Below, one piece after another: positions 25,972 through 40,055 of a DNA stretch of 64,000 bases. Under the pieces are notes generated by a model. It was not told where the DNA came from. It did not search any database and was given only the letters and a program-made list of their open reading frames with translations. The stretch is from Mobula hypostoma (Eukaryota): NCBI RefSeq assembly GCF_963921235.1, contig NC_086097.1, positions 237,338,001-237,402,000 of the forward strand. Direction: 5' to 3'. How positions within the stretch are numbered: position 1 is the stretch's first letter; the number at the start of each line of letters is the position of its first letter. A program made the translations under genes and the position numbers.

Positions 25972-26643
25972 CTCCACATAAATAGAATTTGAAAAAATCT
26001 TTATAAAATTGATCAAGTAAAAATTATTTGACGCTGAGAAACATCCCAGGATGCAATGGGACACATCATCAGTGATGTAACCTGGGGTCAACGGGTGATT
26101 CAGGTCTTTCAACATCAGACACGCCAGCCCAGGCGACCTAGCCAGGGTTGATCAGACCCGGCTTGTGTCCCAGCAGCATTGGTCAATGAGTCACACCTCT
26201 TGATCCAAAGCCATCTGGAGGCTCACTCAACAGACTCTGTGACTGTCCTGGTGGCTCCTTTCTTTGCAAGAAGAGAGTAGTTTTGAAATAAACTGGACTA
26301 ATTTAACTATGAAAAATGACAGTCCTGAGCAGTTCAACTGATACCAATTAAGTCTTTGGAATCAAAACTTCACAATGTCAGGAAAACATAAGTTCAATTG
26401 AAATAATAAAGAAGACATATCAATATCATCGCTTTGGGAATAACATCAATCCAATATGGACACCACCTTAACAGTAAGCAAAAATGCTAACACTGCTAAA
26501 AGCTTGAAATACAAACAAAAGTTATAAATACTTGGTAGACATGTGAGAGAGAAACAGTTTAACAATTCAGGTTCTGATAACGTGTAATTAATTTGAAATA
26601 TTATCTCTGTTTCTCACTCCATAAATGCTGAGCATTTTCAATA

Positions 26644-27408
26644 CAGTGGATTCCAGTTATCTGGACCAGTACTTTTTGTGCCAATTAAGCAGATAACCCA
26701 ATTAGCTGAAGTTTCATGGATATAGTTAAAAAGGTATAAAAGAGATAAATTGAGTTAAAAATATGTATTTAATTGAAGTATAGAACAAATGAGAACACTA
26801 CCAATACTACTGCAGTACTATAAAACTGTGTCATACTTATCGATGGATGAATTCATCTGCATTGTGCTCTTTTGACTCTAAATGAACAAATTCAGTGCAA
26901 ACACCTAGTGTAGATAACATTCTGTTTTCATACAAAGCTGTCGAGAATTGCATCCTTCAAACCATCATTTTCATTGTAACATTCAAGATGATTTTCAATA
27001 CCTTCAATTTCTTCGTAGTTTCTAACTTGTTGAAGCAGTGAAGTCATTTCGTTTTCACTCCCGGCTGCTTCTGGCATCTTCAAGCCAAGCAGTTCCGAAT
27101 TGTCATACAATTTATTTCTCACAAACTATCAGTGACAAAAATCACTGCTTTTTGAACACAAACACATGCAACCGATACTATTTAAAAACTGTTCACTTGA
27201 AGCACAGTGTTATGTCTAATGGACACACAAGTGCACGCAACTGATGCTAGTTAGAAATTGTTTTGGCAACAGTTTCTTGCCCCAATTAAGCAGCAGACTA
27301 TCGCAAAGAACCAAGGGGATACCAGCTAATTAGCCTTTGTTCTTTAAAAGTTGTCTCAAATAAGTGGTTGCCCGAATAACCAAGGACCCAATTAACTGGA
27401 ATCCATTA
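26644..27408. mobile_element. Non-autonomous Tigger/pogo-like DNA transposon
   Basis: TA|CAGTGGATTCCAGTTA ... TAACTGGAATCCATTA|TA terminal inverted repeats with TA flanks; short acidic ORF remnant at 26928-27122. Confidence 0.65.
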
Positions 27409-29036
27409 TATTTTCAGTTTTTTTGTTTTATTGTGGCATTAATTGGCTTTTTGTTTTTGCTGATAAATTGTACTTACAGAATTATACTTTGATTCTTACT
27501 TGTATCTATCATCCTCTTATCTCAGTCTTAACTGGCTATGCCTTCTCACTTTGGCATATATGATTAATATTATTAAAAAAAAAGAATTGTTAGAAAATAT
27601 CCTATTTCAGCAGATTGAAAGACCAGTATCACGTAACAGAAAGCTTGGTGGTCGCCATATCTTCTATAACTGGCGCCAATGTTGGAGAAACCCAGCATGT
27701 CAGACAGCATCTGGGGGGTTGAATAAACAGTTGATGTTTTGGAACCTTTCAACAGAACTCCTGATGAAGCATCTCAAACTGAAATGTCAGCAGTTGGTCC
27801 CCATCTACTTGCTGACTTCCTCCAGCATTTTGTGTGTGTTGGTCAAGTTTTCCCGCATCTGCATAATCTCTTGTGTTTAGGTACTTGATTCTCTGCATTG
27901 CTCTTTTCTTCTTTGCGATTGTTTGGAAGCTGAAACTTCCTATTGCTACTTAATGTTCAAAGTACATTTATTATCCAAGTATGTGTACGTTATACAATCT
28001 TGAGATTTGTCTCCTAACAGACAGACGCGAAACAAAGAAACCCAAGACAATCCATAAAAAAAAGACCACCAAACACCCCAAAGTGCAAAAAAAAAACATG
28101 CATGTAATAACTGTAAGCAAATAGCATTCTGAACTGAGAGTCCGAGACATATAGCTCAGCACAGAGACAAGTAAACGAGCAGTGAGCTGAACCAGCCCAT
28201 CCCTCGCCTCAGGCCGACACCTTGACCTTTCCAATCTGGCCCGGTGCTTAAATCGTCATCCAAACATCCAGTTCAGTTGCTTAGATATTGCAAGAATAAT
28301 GATAAGTAGATCTACAACTTGAACTTGCAATACTCACATCAATTTAATTATCAGAAATTGTTAGTTTCCTATTTATTAATATTTATTTACCTGATTTGGA
28401 CGTATTTCCATCACAGCATAATTATACATCGCAAGTTTATTTCACATGCTCAAAATTAGTGAGGTACAACACATGTACAATGAAAACATGCTTGCAGGAG
28501 CAGCACAGTTAAGACCATAAAACCATAAGTTATAGAAGCAGAATTAGGCCATTTGGCCCATTGAGTCTGCTCTGTCATTTCATCATGGCTGGACCATTTC
28601 CCTCTCACCTCAATCTCCTGCCTTCTCCACGTATCCCTTCATGCTTTGACGAATCAAAAAACTATCAACATTTCCCTTAAATATACCCAGTGATTTGGCC
28701 TCTACAGCCATCTGTGGCGATGAATTCCACAGATTCACCACTCTCTGGCAAAAGAAACTCCTCCTCATCTCCGTTCATAGATAGATGGATTCAGATAACA
28801 ATACACAATAGACAGGCATGTGGGTGAAAGAAAAATGGGGGTCTCTGTAGGAGGAAAGTGTTAGATTGGTCTTGGAGTAGGTTACATGTTCGGAACAACA
28901 TGGTGCACCAAAGAACCTGTACCGTGCTCTAATGATCTACGTTCTATATTCTAACCATTTCCACTGAAGACATGCATATTTATCCGTTCCTCATTATATT
29001 GAAATGTAATGTACACAGAGATAATCTGATACTCAC

Positions 29037-29239
29037 TTGAGAACTGGACAGCAAATCCTGATTTACTGATGAAGAAGTCAGTATCAAAATGGATGGTGAT
29101 AACATTGAGTGTGCTGTGGATATTGTCAGGAATAAGAGATCCGCTGACTTCTTTCAGAAGCATCTCGTTCTCAGGAACTCCATCCCACACACGTAAAATG
29201 TCATGAGATGCCTCTGTATCAAACGCAATAAACTGAAGA
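29037..29239 (-). CDS. CSMD3: CSMD3-like exon, CUB domain second half: LQFIAFDTEASHDILRVWDGVPENEMLLKEVSGSLIPDNIHSTLNVITIHFDTDFFISKSGFAVQFS
   Basis: 203 bp, acceptor TTTTACAG|T, donor TCAA|GTGAGT, phase 2-1; consistent with both neighbouring exons. Confidence 0.95.
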
Positions 29240-29937
29240 CTGTAAAATAAAGAGAAGTAATAATTATTATTGCAACCTGTGTCTCTGACAGTGACACAAT
29301 ATTTAATGAACTATGCAATGTGGATAATAGCAAGATTGAGACAACTAGGTTAACAATCTAGTTGTTAATCTTGTTGTTAATCTAGATTCACAAGGCAAAA
29401 GTGCAGGCTATGACAACTTTCCTTTGGATTCACAGTGACCTCAGTGTTGCCAGGGCTCAGTGATGTCACACAGAGTAAAATGCCATTCTGATACCAAAGA
29501 CACTCACTTGCATATTCACAGAGACTTTTGGCACCATAGATATGAAAAGCCATTTCATATTAATATATCAACTTGGTTTTGAATCATAACAAATAAAATG
29601 GGCACAGTTACAGCCAAACAGGACTATGGAAGTGTCTCAAACCAATGAAACAGAGGGAAGTGGCTCAAGAAATAAACTACAAGGTGGGATTTATGAAATG
29701 TTACAAGAGGAAGTTGAGAAAATAAAGTAAAGATGAGGAGAATGATAAAACAGTTGTAGTTATCTCATGGTCAGTCTAAAGATAAGAAAAATTTCAGTGA
29801 TAACAATTAACCTGTAAAATCGACAGATTCATGCAGCATGACACCTGCTACAGATAACTAAGAACTTTCTAGAAAAATAGAGAAGTAACTTTAGTAGTAA
29901 TTACTGGAAAATTCACTGAACAATTAAATATATATAT

Positions 29938-30522
29938 AGACCACAAGATATAGGAGCAGAATTAGGCAATTTGGCTCATCAAATCTCTCTGTCTGTTCAT
30001 CATGCCTCATCCATTTTCCCTCTCAGCCCCAATTTCCTGCCATCTCTCCTGCCTTCATGCCCTGAATAATCAAGAACCTATCAACCTGTGCCTTAAATAT
30101 ACCCAATGACTTGGTGTCCACAGCTGCCTGTGGCAATGAATTCCACAGATTCAGCACTCTTTGGCTAAAGAAATTCCTCCTCAACTTCATCCTAAATGGA
30201 TACCCCTCTATTCTGAGGCTGTGTCCTCTGGTCTTTGACATCCCCACCACAGGAATCATCCTCTCCATATCTACTCTATCGTGACCTTTCAACATTCGCT
30301 GGGTTTCAATGAGGTCATCCCTCATTTTTCTAAATCTCAGTGGGCAGAGGCCCAGAGCCATCAAACACTTTTCATGTGACAAGCCTTTCAATCCCGGAAT
30401 CATTTACTTGAATGTCTTTTGAAGCTTCTCCATGTCAGCACATCCCTTCTTTGATAAGGGGCCAAAACTGCTCAAAATAATCCAATATAAAGCATCAACA
30501 TTACATCCTTGCTTTTATATTT
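29938..30522 (-). mobile_element. CR1 LINE 3' fragment
   Basis: ORF 30023-30403 (IPGLKGLSH...TRGHSLRIEGYPF...FFSQRVLNLWNSLP). Confidence 0.85.
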
Positions 30523-30665
30523 TAGATGATGTTATTTCTATTTTTTTCATTTATGTTCAAGTTTTTATATAATCACCATATAGGTGATTATATAAAAATA
30601 CAAACAAGCAAAAGAAAGATAATAAATCTATACCCCAATCCAAAAGTCATCAATTTGAAGTGTTA

Positions 30666-30861
30666 GCAACCCACACAAAATGCTGGAGGAACTCAGCAGG
30701 CCAGGCATGTCAACTGTAATTTTCTTGCCATCATATTGGAGGCTACCCAGATAGAATGTAAGGCGTTGGGGTCTTCCATTCTGAGGATCCTCAAGCATTG
30801 TGTGTGTGTGTGTGTGTGTGTTGCTTGGAATTCTAGCATCTGCAGATTTTCTTTTGTTTGT
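30666..30861. mobile_element. PLE fold-back insertion with a 14-bp TSD (AATTTGAAG[T/G]GTTA at 30652-30665 and 30862-30875); contains (TG)n
   Basis: Inverted arm starts at gcaac; sense arm ends ctagcatctgcagattttcttttgtttgt. Confidence 0.75.
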
Positions 30862-31767
30862 AATTTGAAGGGTTAACTCTGTTTCTCTGGTGTCTAGAAT
30901 TGAATAATTCTCGCATCTTCATTCCATTTTTCATCTGTCATAATACTGTGCTTTTAAATTTAAAAACTGTGTTCAGTGAACTCAGTTGTGCTAATAATAA
31001 CCTGCACTGCATGGAGTTTATTAATGAAGTCTATTATGGTTCAGCCTTTTTAGGCTACATCGTTGCTTAACTGGAAAAGTAGTCTGTCAATACTGTTTCC
31101 AGCCTTTGACAATATCAGTCCATTTTAACTTTCCGCAATGCAACTTGGAAGAAAAAGTTTAGCTTTGTTTATCACAAATATATTGAAATATGCAGTAAAA
31201 CATGTTATTTTGCATCGATGACCAACACAGTCCGAGCATTGTGCTGTGGGCAGTCCTCACACGTTACCACGCTTCTAGCACCTACATAGCATTCACTAAC
31301 CCTAGCACTAACTGTACATCTTACCGACAATGGTAGGAAGCGAACCCCGATCAGTTATTTCTGGCGATATAATAGTGTTACACTCCTGTGCCAGACAACT
31401 ACTACAACTACAAGCCATAGAACATGCTGTAGAACACTACAACACAGTATAGGCTCTTTGGCCCATAATGTTGTGCCATCCTCTTAACCTGTTATAAAAT
31501 CAAACTAACCCTTCCCTCTCATGTAACCCTCCATTTTTCTATTATCCATGTGTCTATCTAAGAGTTTCTAAAATGTCCCCAATGTATCTGCCTCTACCAA
31601 CACCCCGGCCGTGCATTCCACATACCCACCACTTGCTGTACAAAAAATATGTATCTCTGACATACCCCCTATACTTTCCTCTCAATTACCTCAAGATCAT
31701 ACCCCCTGGTATGAGCCATTGAATAGATGTAAAATTAGAAAGTGGGAAGATTCTGCCAACCAAATCT

Positions 31768-32272
31768 AAAGCAATACACACAAAATGCTGGAGGAATTTA
31801 GCAGTTCAGGCAGCATCTTTGGAAGTGAATAGATAGTCGACCTTTCAGGCCATGACCGATACCGAGAAGGAAGGGGAGGGTGCCAGAATAAAAAGGTTGG
31901 GGGAGGGGAAGGAGGCTAGCTGGAAGATGATAGGTGAAGCCAGGTGGGTTGAAAGGTCAAGGGTTTAAGGAGAAAGAATCTGATAGGAGAGGAGAGTGGG
32001 CCAGAGGAGAAAGGGAAGGAGGAGGGGACATATGGGAAATAATAGGCAGGTGAGAAGAGGTAAAAGGCCATAGAGGGAAATAGAGGAAGTAGTGAGAATT
32101 TTGTTTACTGGAAGGAGAAATCGATATTCTTGCCATCATATTGGAGGCTACCCAGATAGTAAAGTGTTGGTCTTCCATCCTGAGGGTGGTCTCATCTTGG
32201 CACAAGAGGAGGCAATGGATTGTCAGAACGGGAATGAGAATCAGAATTATCAGATTTGGCTACCAGGAAGTG
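31768..32272 (-). mobile_element. Old PLE 3' fragment beginning at the internal (aaa)gcaatacac site
   Basis: Similar to 14388-14995, including ttggaggctacccagat. Confidence 0.7.
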
Positions 32273-32699
32273 GCCAAAGAATTTCACAAATCTGTGTTAA
32301 ATAATTGTATACAAATCTATTTGTGTACACAGAAAAGCATTTATAACTCAAATGTTTCAGAGATGTTGCCTCAGATATTGTCACAGGTTTTCACTTGTAC
32401 AATAAGATTTTCAGATTAATATCAAAAAGCATAAAATGACGTATAAAAGTGTGATTTTGTTTTAAATAATGGAAGCACAAGAACCAAAAGGGGCAGAATT
32501 GGAGAATGCTGAAAACAGCCACGATCATCAGATAATTCTCATCCAGTCATTGAAATGAGGCACCACGGTATGACAGTGCATCATCCAGCCAGTAGTAATT
32601 GTCCTTTGCTTGATTGCTATTGCAGAGAACCAATGACATGAGAGACCAGCACCAGTAAAAACTGGTCTGCCCTGGTTAAAGTAATTGGTGCAACATTAA

Positions 32700-33307
32700 A
32701 GAGAAACAGCGGCTATCAAGCATTCTCTAACTGAAGCTAATCCCGGAAACCGCAAACAATGAAGTAGGTTTGCGAAGAGGGTGCGGAGAAAGGCACAAGG
32801 TCCTGCACCATGGCTCATCCCAAGCAGCTGCATGACAGAGCGCTCTTTGAGCTACGGGCTGTTTCCAGGGACACACACGCAGAGCTGGACATCGAGTACT
32901 GCTGGCAGTTCATCAACCCGATAAAAGACGCCCTTTGGTGCCCAAAGCTTGTCGTTCTGCCAGCACAGTGAGATATCCATAGCGGAATGCTGCTGATTGG
33001 CACATTCCAGGCTGCAGGAGGACGTGCTAAGTGACACACTGAAACTTGGCACAGCCACTGCAAGGGCTCTGCCAAGGACAACTACCTGACAGGGTTCTTC
33101 CATTACTGCACAGAGAGGGACCGGGATGGGTGAGGATACTGTAGTGGTGTATCACTCCAGGAACTGATGCATGAGTGGCAACAGTCCTATTGGTTCTAAT
33201 GGACGTAATCCAACACTCGCAATACATGGACTACGAATGTAAGAACAGAAGGCATTCCTGCAAATAGTATTTTATTATTAATAAAATTAATTTTGATATA
33301 AAAAAAT
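32700..33307 (+). mobile_element. Tx1-like (L1-Tx1) LINE 3' fragment
   Basis: Hand translation gives IPSSCMTERSLSYGLFPGTHT..CWQFINPIKDALW..ECC*LAHSRLQEDVLSDTLKLG; AATAAA and an A tail at about 33280-33307. Confidence 0.65.
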
Positions 33308-34020
33308 GGTACAGCAGCAGCCAAACAGGTAGGGCGAGATGATCTGTCATCAGTAAAGGAGACAAACCTAAACATCACTGAGGCGTTTGCTCTGTTCACA
33401 GTAACAAGAGAGTGTAGAGTAGAACAAAAGTGGCAATGTACTTGAATCAAGCCATCTTTTCTGTGGAATTCTCTGCCCAATGAAGCAGTGGAGGCTACCT
33501 CAGAAAATATATTGAAAACAAGGTTGGATAGATTTTTGCATAGTAGGGGAATTAAAGATTATGGGGAAAAGGCAGGTAGGTGGAGATGAGTCCATGGCCA
33601 GATCAGCCACAATCTTATTGAAGGGCAGATCAGGCTCGACAGGCCAGATGGCCTACTCTTGCTCTATTTCTTATGTTTTTATGTTTTGCATTCTGCACTG
33701 TCCCATATTCTCCTGATCTGGTTCACAAACTGCAGAGCAGAAAGTCCACAACAAAGTAAAATTTGTTTATCATAGTATGTATACGTCACCGTATAGTTCT
33801 CTGAGATTCCTTTTCTTGGAGGCATTTAAAGGAGAATAAAGAAATACCATAGAATTTATGAAAAACTGTACATAAACAAAGACTGACAAATGTGCAAAAT
33901 TGTGCAAGTAAAAATCATAATACTGAGAATAAGTTATAGAGTCTTTGAAAGGCAGTCTGTAGCTTGTGCAATCAGTTCAGAGTTGAGGTGAGTGAGGTGC
34001 TCCTAAGGCCTAATCTTTCA

Positions 34021-34233
<213 letters not shown>

Positions 34234-34431
34234 TCAGAAAATATAAAACAGAATAAATGTTTGGCAAATGTTTTTGCACATTCAATGTTCACAGTTTTGC
34301 CTTGTTTAAAATAAAAGGTTTGAATCTATTTTGGTTTAATAGTCCATGGCTTTATAGTCACCAAGACTCCCCCCATCACTATCCTGGAGGGTGACCATTG
34401 AGCAGAAAGATAACAGGGACAGCTAAATATA

Positions 34432-35960
34432 CATTCAGCAGCCATTTTGTTAGGCACAGAAGGGACCAAGTATGTTCACGGTCTTCTGCTGCTGTAGCCT
34501 ACCCACTCCAAGATTCGATAGAACATAGAAATTTAGAGCACATTACAGGCCCTTCAGCCCACAATGTTGTGCCAACCATGTAACCTACTCTAGAAACTGC
34601 CTAGAATTTCTCTAGTGCAGAGCCCTCTATTTTTCTAAGCTCCATGTACCTATCCAAGAGGCTCTTAAAAGACCCTATCGTATCTGCTTCCACCACAGCC
34701 ACCAGCAGTGCAATCCATGCACCCACCACTCTCTGTGCAAAAGAACTTACCCCTGACATCTCCTCGGTACTTATTTCCAAGCACTTTAAAACTATGCCCC
34801 CTTATGCCATCTGCACGTAGTACTATTTTTGTTCAGTATAAAGCTGGATAAGACTGAGAACAAAATCTTGCTGCTTAATTCAATGCATACTGAAACTGAC
34901 AGCTTCTTACTGCCTAGTCATCTCCCTGGTTATGTTGTACATTCAGAGGTGCTCTTCTGCATGCAACTGTTGCAAAACCTGTTTTTTGTTTATTTAGAAA
35001 TACAGTGAGGAATAGGCCTTTCCAGCCTTTTCGAGCCACATGGCCCAGCCATCCTCGACAACCCTGATTTAACCTTAACCTAATCACGGGAAAATTTGCA
35101 ATGACCAATTAAACTACCCGCAATGTGCTTGGAATGAGGAAGGTAACCAGATCACCCAGGGAAAACCCAAGTACAGAGAATCCTTACAGAGGACGCCGGG
35201 ATTGAACCCCGAAATCTGACGCCCTGAGCTGTAGTAGCATTACGCTAACAGCTACATGCCATGGCGCCAATTTGTCACCTTCCTGTCAGTTTGAACCAGT
35301 CTGGCTATTCTCCTCTGACCACTCTCATATTTTTACCCACAGAACTGCTACTCACTGAATGTTTTTTTTTTCATTTTCTGTACCATTTTCTGAAAACTCT
35401 AGAGACTGCTCTGTTTGAAAATCCCAGGAAGTCAGCAGTTTCTGAGATGCTCAAACCACCCCATTTGGCACCACGGTCAAGGCCACTTACATCACATTTC
35501 TTCCCCATTCTGATGTTTGGTCTAAGCAACTGAGCCTCTTGACCATGTCGACATTCCTTTATGTATTGAGTTGTTGCCACATGATTGGCTGATTAGGTAT
35601 TTGCATTAATGTGCCAGTGTACAGGTGTACCAGTGTGGGCACGTGGTCAGGTGGTTAAGGCATTCGACTAGCGATCTGAAGGTCGTGAGTTCGAGCCCCA
35701 GCCGAGGCAGCGTGTTGTGTCCTTGAGCACGTGCTCTGCGACGACACAGGTGCCAAGCTGAATCGGCCCTTGCCCTTCCCTTGGACAACATCGGTGTCGT
35801 GAAGAGGGGAGACTTGCAGCATGGGCAACTGCCGGTCTTCCATACAACCTTGCCCAGGCCTGCGCCCTGGAGAGTGAAGACTTTCCAAGTGCAGATCCAT
35901 GGTCTCGCAAGACTAACAGATGCCTAAAATAGGTGTACCTAATAAAGTGGTGACTGAGTG
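34432..35960 (-). mobile_element. Non-autonomous Tc1-like element with nested CR1 (about 34518-34810), SINE (34985-35268) and tRNA-SINE (35632-35930) insertions
   Basis: Ends cattcagcagccattttgttaggcac / gtacctaataaagtggtgactgagtg|ta; transposase N-terminal remnant MGKKCDVSGLDRG..GLSISETADFLGFS..AVSRVFRKW. Confidence 0.7.
35632..35930 (+). mobile_element. Well-preserved tRNA-derived SINE with a 9-bp TSD (AGGTGTACC at 35623-35631 and 35931-35939)
   Basis: A-box TGGTCAGGTGG, B-box GTTCGAGCC, CpG-rich body. Confidence 0.8.
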
Positions 35961-36083
35961 TACTGTATTTACACTGAATACAGGAAAAGAGAGTGGACAC
36001 CCTACAGCAAGTGACTCGCCTTCTGCTACCCCATGACCCTGCCTCTTTACAAGGCACCGGGAAGGAGTGCAAAGAAATATGTA

Positions 36084-36325
36084 TGTTAATTTTTGTACCT
36101 TTAAAACATTAAACTAATTTAAAGGGAGACATGGAAGTCTGAAGCGTGAGGCTAACTTCGTGCTTATTTAAAGCAAGGCATACACGTATCACATGGTAGT
36201 GTGACGATGTGTGCAATTCGCATATTTATACATGTAAGTCGTAACGTGAAATGAACAAGAATGCATAATCAAATATATATATATGTATATAACTCAAATT
36301 TTACTTAAATAGTAAATACAGAACA
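36084..36325. mobile_element. Putative short solo LTR, same family as 48250-48484 in opposite orientation
   Basis: TG...CA ends; reverse-complement similarity to 48250-48484 (gtatcacatggtag, aacaagaatgc.taatcaaa). Confidence 0.5.
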
Positions 36326-37144
36326 TAGTACTCTCTATCTGAGACCAAGACCGTAAGATACAGGAGCAGAATTTGTCCCGTTGAGTCTGCTCTACCATTT
36401 CATTATGGCTGATGCATTTTCCCTCCCACCCCCAATCTTCTGCCTTCTCCACATATCCCTTCCTGCCCTGACCAATCAAGAATCTACCAACCTTAAATGC
36501 ACTCAGTTACCTGGCCTCCAGAGCTGCTTGTGGCAATGAATTGCACGGATTCACCACCCTCTGGCTAAAGAATATTGTGGTCATGGATTTAGTGACATTT
36601 TCACAATCCAACAATTCTCAAGAAATTCAAAATTATGCAAGACAAAGCAGCCCACTTCTCTGACATGCACCCCAGCTACTGAATTCTAAATTCATTTTCA
36701 CCTTCCCTGGTGGGAAATGGTCATGAACACCGCCTGTAAAGGGCACTGCTGTGACTTGCCAGCGTATTCCAAGATCACTTTCACCAGTGAGAATGGCAGG
36801 GCAGGAGGCACACGGCTGCAGTTCCACTCACTCATTTTCAGATTAATTTATTTATCATGTGAGCATCAAAACACACAGTGAGATGCGTAACTTGACTTAA
36901 CAACAAAAGCTAAGGACGTGCTGGGTGCAGCCTGCATCACATATTCCAGTGCCAACAGAGCATGTCCACCGTGTTCAACAGAACAACACAAGCAACAACA
37001 ACGACAGTTGGCAGCATGGCAGCATAGTGGTTAGTGACCCGGGTTCAATTTCTGCCACTGTCCAGAAGGAGTTTGTATGTTCTCCCCGCGATTGCCTACC
37101 AGACAGTAGGTTAATTGGTCATTATAAATAGTCCTGTGGTTAGA

Positions 37145-37558
37145 CAATAAGATATTGGAGCAGAAGTAGGCCATTCGGCCCATCAAGTCTGCTCTACCAT
37201 TCAATCATGGGCTGATCCAATTCTTCCAGTCATCCCCACTCCCCTGCTTTCACCCCATACCCTTTGATGCCCTGGCTAATCAAGAACCTATCTATCTCTG
37301 CCTTAAATCCACCCAATGACTTGGCCTCCACAGCCACTCCTGATAACAAATCTCAGTTCTAAAAGGACGTCTTTCAATCCTGAAGTCGTGCCCTCTTGTC
37401 CTAAAATCCCCTACCATGGGAAATAACTTTGTCATACAGTATCTAATCTGTTCAGGCCTTTTAACATTCAGAATGTTTCTATGAGATCACCCCTCATTCT
37501 CCTGAACTCCAGGGAATACAGCCCAAGAGCTGCCTGACGTTCCTCATATGGTAACCCT
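37145..37558 (-). mobile_element. CR1 3' fragment inserted into a SINE
   Basis: Same 3' UTR as 1497-1830; the SINE resumes at about 37559. Confidence 0.75.
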
Positions 37559-39308
37559 GTTAGGCTAGGATTAAATTGGGGGCTGCTCGATGGTGCGGCC
37601 GGATGGGCCTATTCACACTGTATCTCAATAAAAATAAAGAACAGCACAGAATAACAAGCCCCTTCCTTCCCTCCCACCCACCCACACTGACAGCCCTCCA
37701 ACGACAGGACAGACCACCTCCAGGCCTCCAGCGGACTCCCTTCCCCAATGGATTCGTGGATTCACAGAACCAGGACATGATGCTACATCATTTTACACGT
37801 CTTCATTGTTTTGAAATGTACCTCCAGTCTTTTATCAACACTGAGTCTAAATCATAGGACTTCTCACCCAGCAGCACTGTGGGAGAACCATCACTGGAAG
37901 GTCTCCAGAGGCAGAAGACCACCACCTTCTCAAGAACAATTAAATAAGGACAATAATTGCTGGGCATGCTGGCATAGCCCAGATCCTGAAAATCCTTTTT
38001 TTAATTAAACGTTATTTTTAATCTAGTTAGAACAAATGTGTGTTACTAAACGCAACATGTCAAAGAGAAAAAGCAAACACTATTCTAAAAATATTAAATC
38101 TGAGTAGTATACAAAAGAAGTATTTTAAAATAAGTGAAAATCAAAAATAATTCTAATCTAATTACAGTGGCATATCAAATTGGCAAATGTTATTTAGTCA
38201 TTTGCAAATACAGATTTGCTTTGTTAGTGAAAATTGTAATATTTTAATATGTAGATAATTTCCTTTAATTGCAGAGAGTTGTAAACAAAGTCAGCACCAT
38301 CATGGGCACTAGCCTTTGTAGTATACAGGACACCTTCAAGGAGTGGTGCCTCAGTAAAGCGGCATCCATCATTAAGGACCCCCATCACCCAGAACACGTC
38401 TTGTTCTCATTGCTACCATCAAGGAGGAGGCACAGAAGCCTGAAGCACACACACAATGATTCAGGAACAGCTTTGTCTCCTCTGCCATCCGATTTCTGAA
38501 TGGATATTGAACCTATGAGCACCATCTCACTACCTTTTTATTTCTATTTTTGCACTCTATATATATATATATATATACAGTATAATTATCGAAATTCAGT
38601 TTTTTTTCTATTATGATATATTTCATTGTACTGCTGCTGCAGAGACAACAAATTTCACGTAATATACTTGTGATATTAAACCCAATTCTGAACTTTCCCA
38701 CTGATCTGGCATAATGAACTGTACGTTCCTTCGCTCGCCTCTCAATGTTTCCGTGACAAGCTTCTCACACATGCAATTCACATCCACCTGCTTAGGGGAA
38801 TGGGTAGGCTACCTTTAAGCAGGCTTCTGCCAATAACTGACAAAACGAGGTGCAAACCCTCTCCTTTCTCAGCCTGTGAAGCTTTAACTGTCGTCACCAG
38901 TTGTTCAGATCCTCAGGTCGGGGTCAGAAACAGACCACAAACCATTATATTAAGGGACAAACAGGGGTATTCTAGGCCAATAAAAGCACTGCATTATTCA
39001 TCTGATGAGTTTTCAATTGATGTCAACTGCCCTTTTGGAACCAAGAAAATGTTTGCGATGGTGTTTCATCTGCTGTTCAAGCTCTGCACTAGTCTCCACA
39101 AGTAATGAATCTATCATAGAGCTACGGAACACATAGTACACATTTGATTACAATGTTGTGCAATTTATTTTACAAAAGCATTGCACAACACTTTTATTTT
39201 TTAACAAAGCCTGCCTTACCTTTGCAACCTTTAGCACTTATGGAGTGCTAATGTATGGATTCAAGCCGACACATTTCTGTAACAATTTAATGGGAAAGCT
39301 CTGACATG

Positions 39309-40055
39309 CAGTCCATGTGCAAAAACCTTAGGCACATTTGTGGTGTTCATGGAGTTAATTTATGAAGTTTATGGAGTAAAATCTAGAAAAGTGTGAGGTA
39401 ATACTCTTCAGAAGATTGATATAGCTATAGCTTGGGTGCCTAAGACTTTTGCACAGTACTGCATTTGTCAACATGGAACGGAGAATGAGTTTGTAAATCA
39501 GGCAGGAGGCAAAGGATGTTGGAAGTAACAAGGGTGGAGTGCCACGGGAGGGCTGTGGGACAGGTAGCAGAGGATTGCCAGGGTGAGGGTGTAGAGTCAC
39601 ACCCAGCCCTGGAACACAAGGCAAAGTCATTTGATTCCAAACAACTTCTTTATTGATCATTAGTGAATGTCTCTCTGGTGCTTCCCGCTTCTTACCCCCT
39701 CTCCCTTCCCCTTTGCCCAACCATGATTTCCCTCTCCCTTCCCTTTTCCCTGCAATGATTCCCCTTTGCCTTGTCCCTTCTCACTCCCAGTCCACAATAG
39801 CGACCCACAAAATGGATCTGCCGTGATGAACTGGCAGACCAGACTCGATGGGCCAAATGGCCAAATCCTGCTCCTGTATCTTGTGGTCTATATATCAGAA
39901 TCAGGTTTGTCATCACTCACATATGTCATGAAATTTGTTTTTTGCAGCAGCGGTACAGTACAATACATAAAATTACTACAGTACTGTGCAAAAAAAAAGT
40001 CTGAGGCACCCTAGCTATACATATGTACTGTACCTTAGAGTTTTGCACAGTACGG
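39309..40055. mobile_element. Composite element bounded by two Tc1-like MITEs (39309-39461 and 39979-40055)
   Basis: Consensus TIR CAGTACTGTGCAAAAGTCTTAGGCAC occurs four times in degenerate form; the right MITE has TA flanks. Confidence 0.65.

Noticed and set aside
35635..35705. tRNA gene
   Set aside because: A and B boxes are present, but it continues into a SINE body with a TSD and has no clean acceptor stem.
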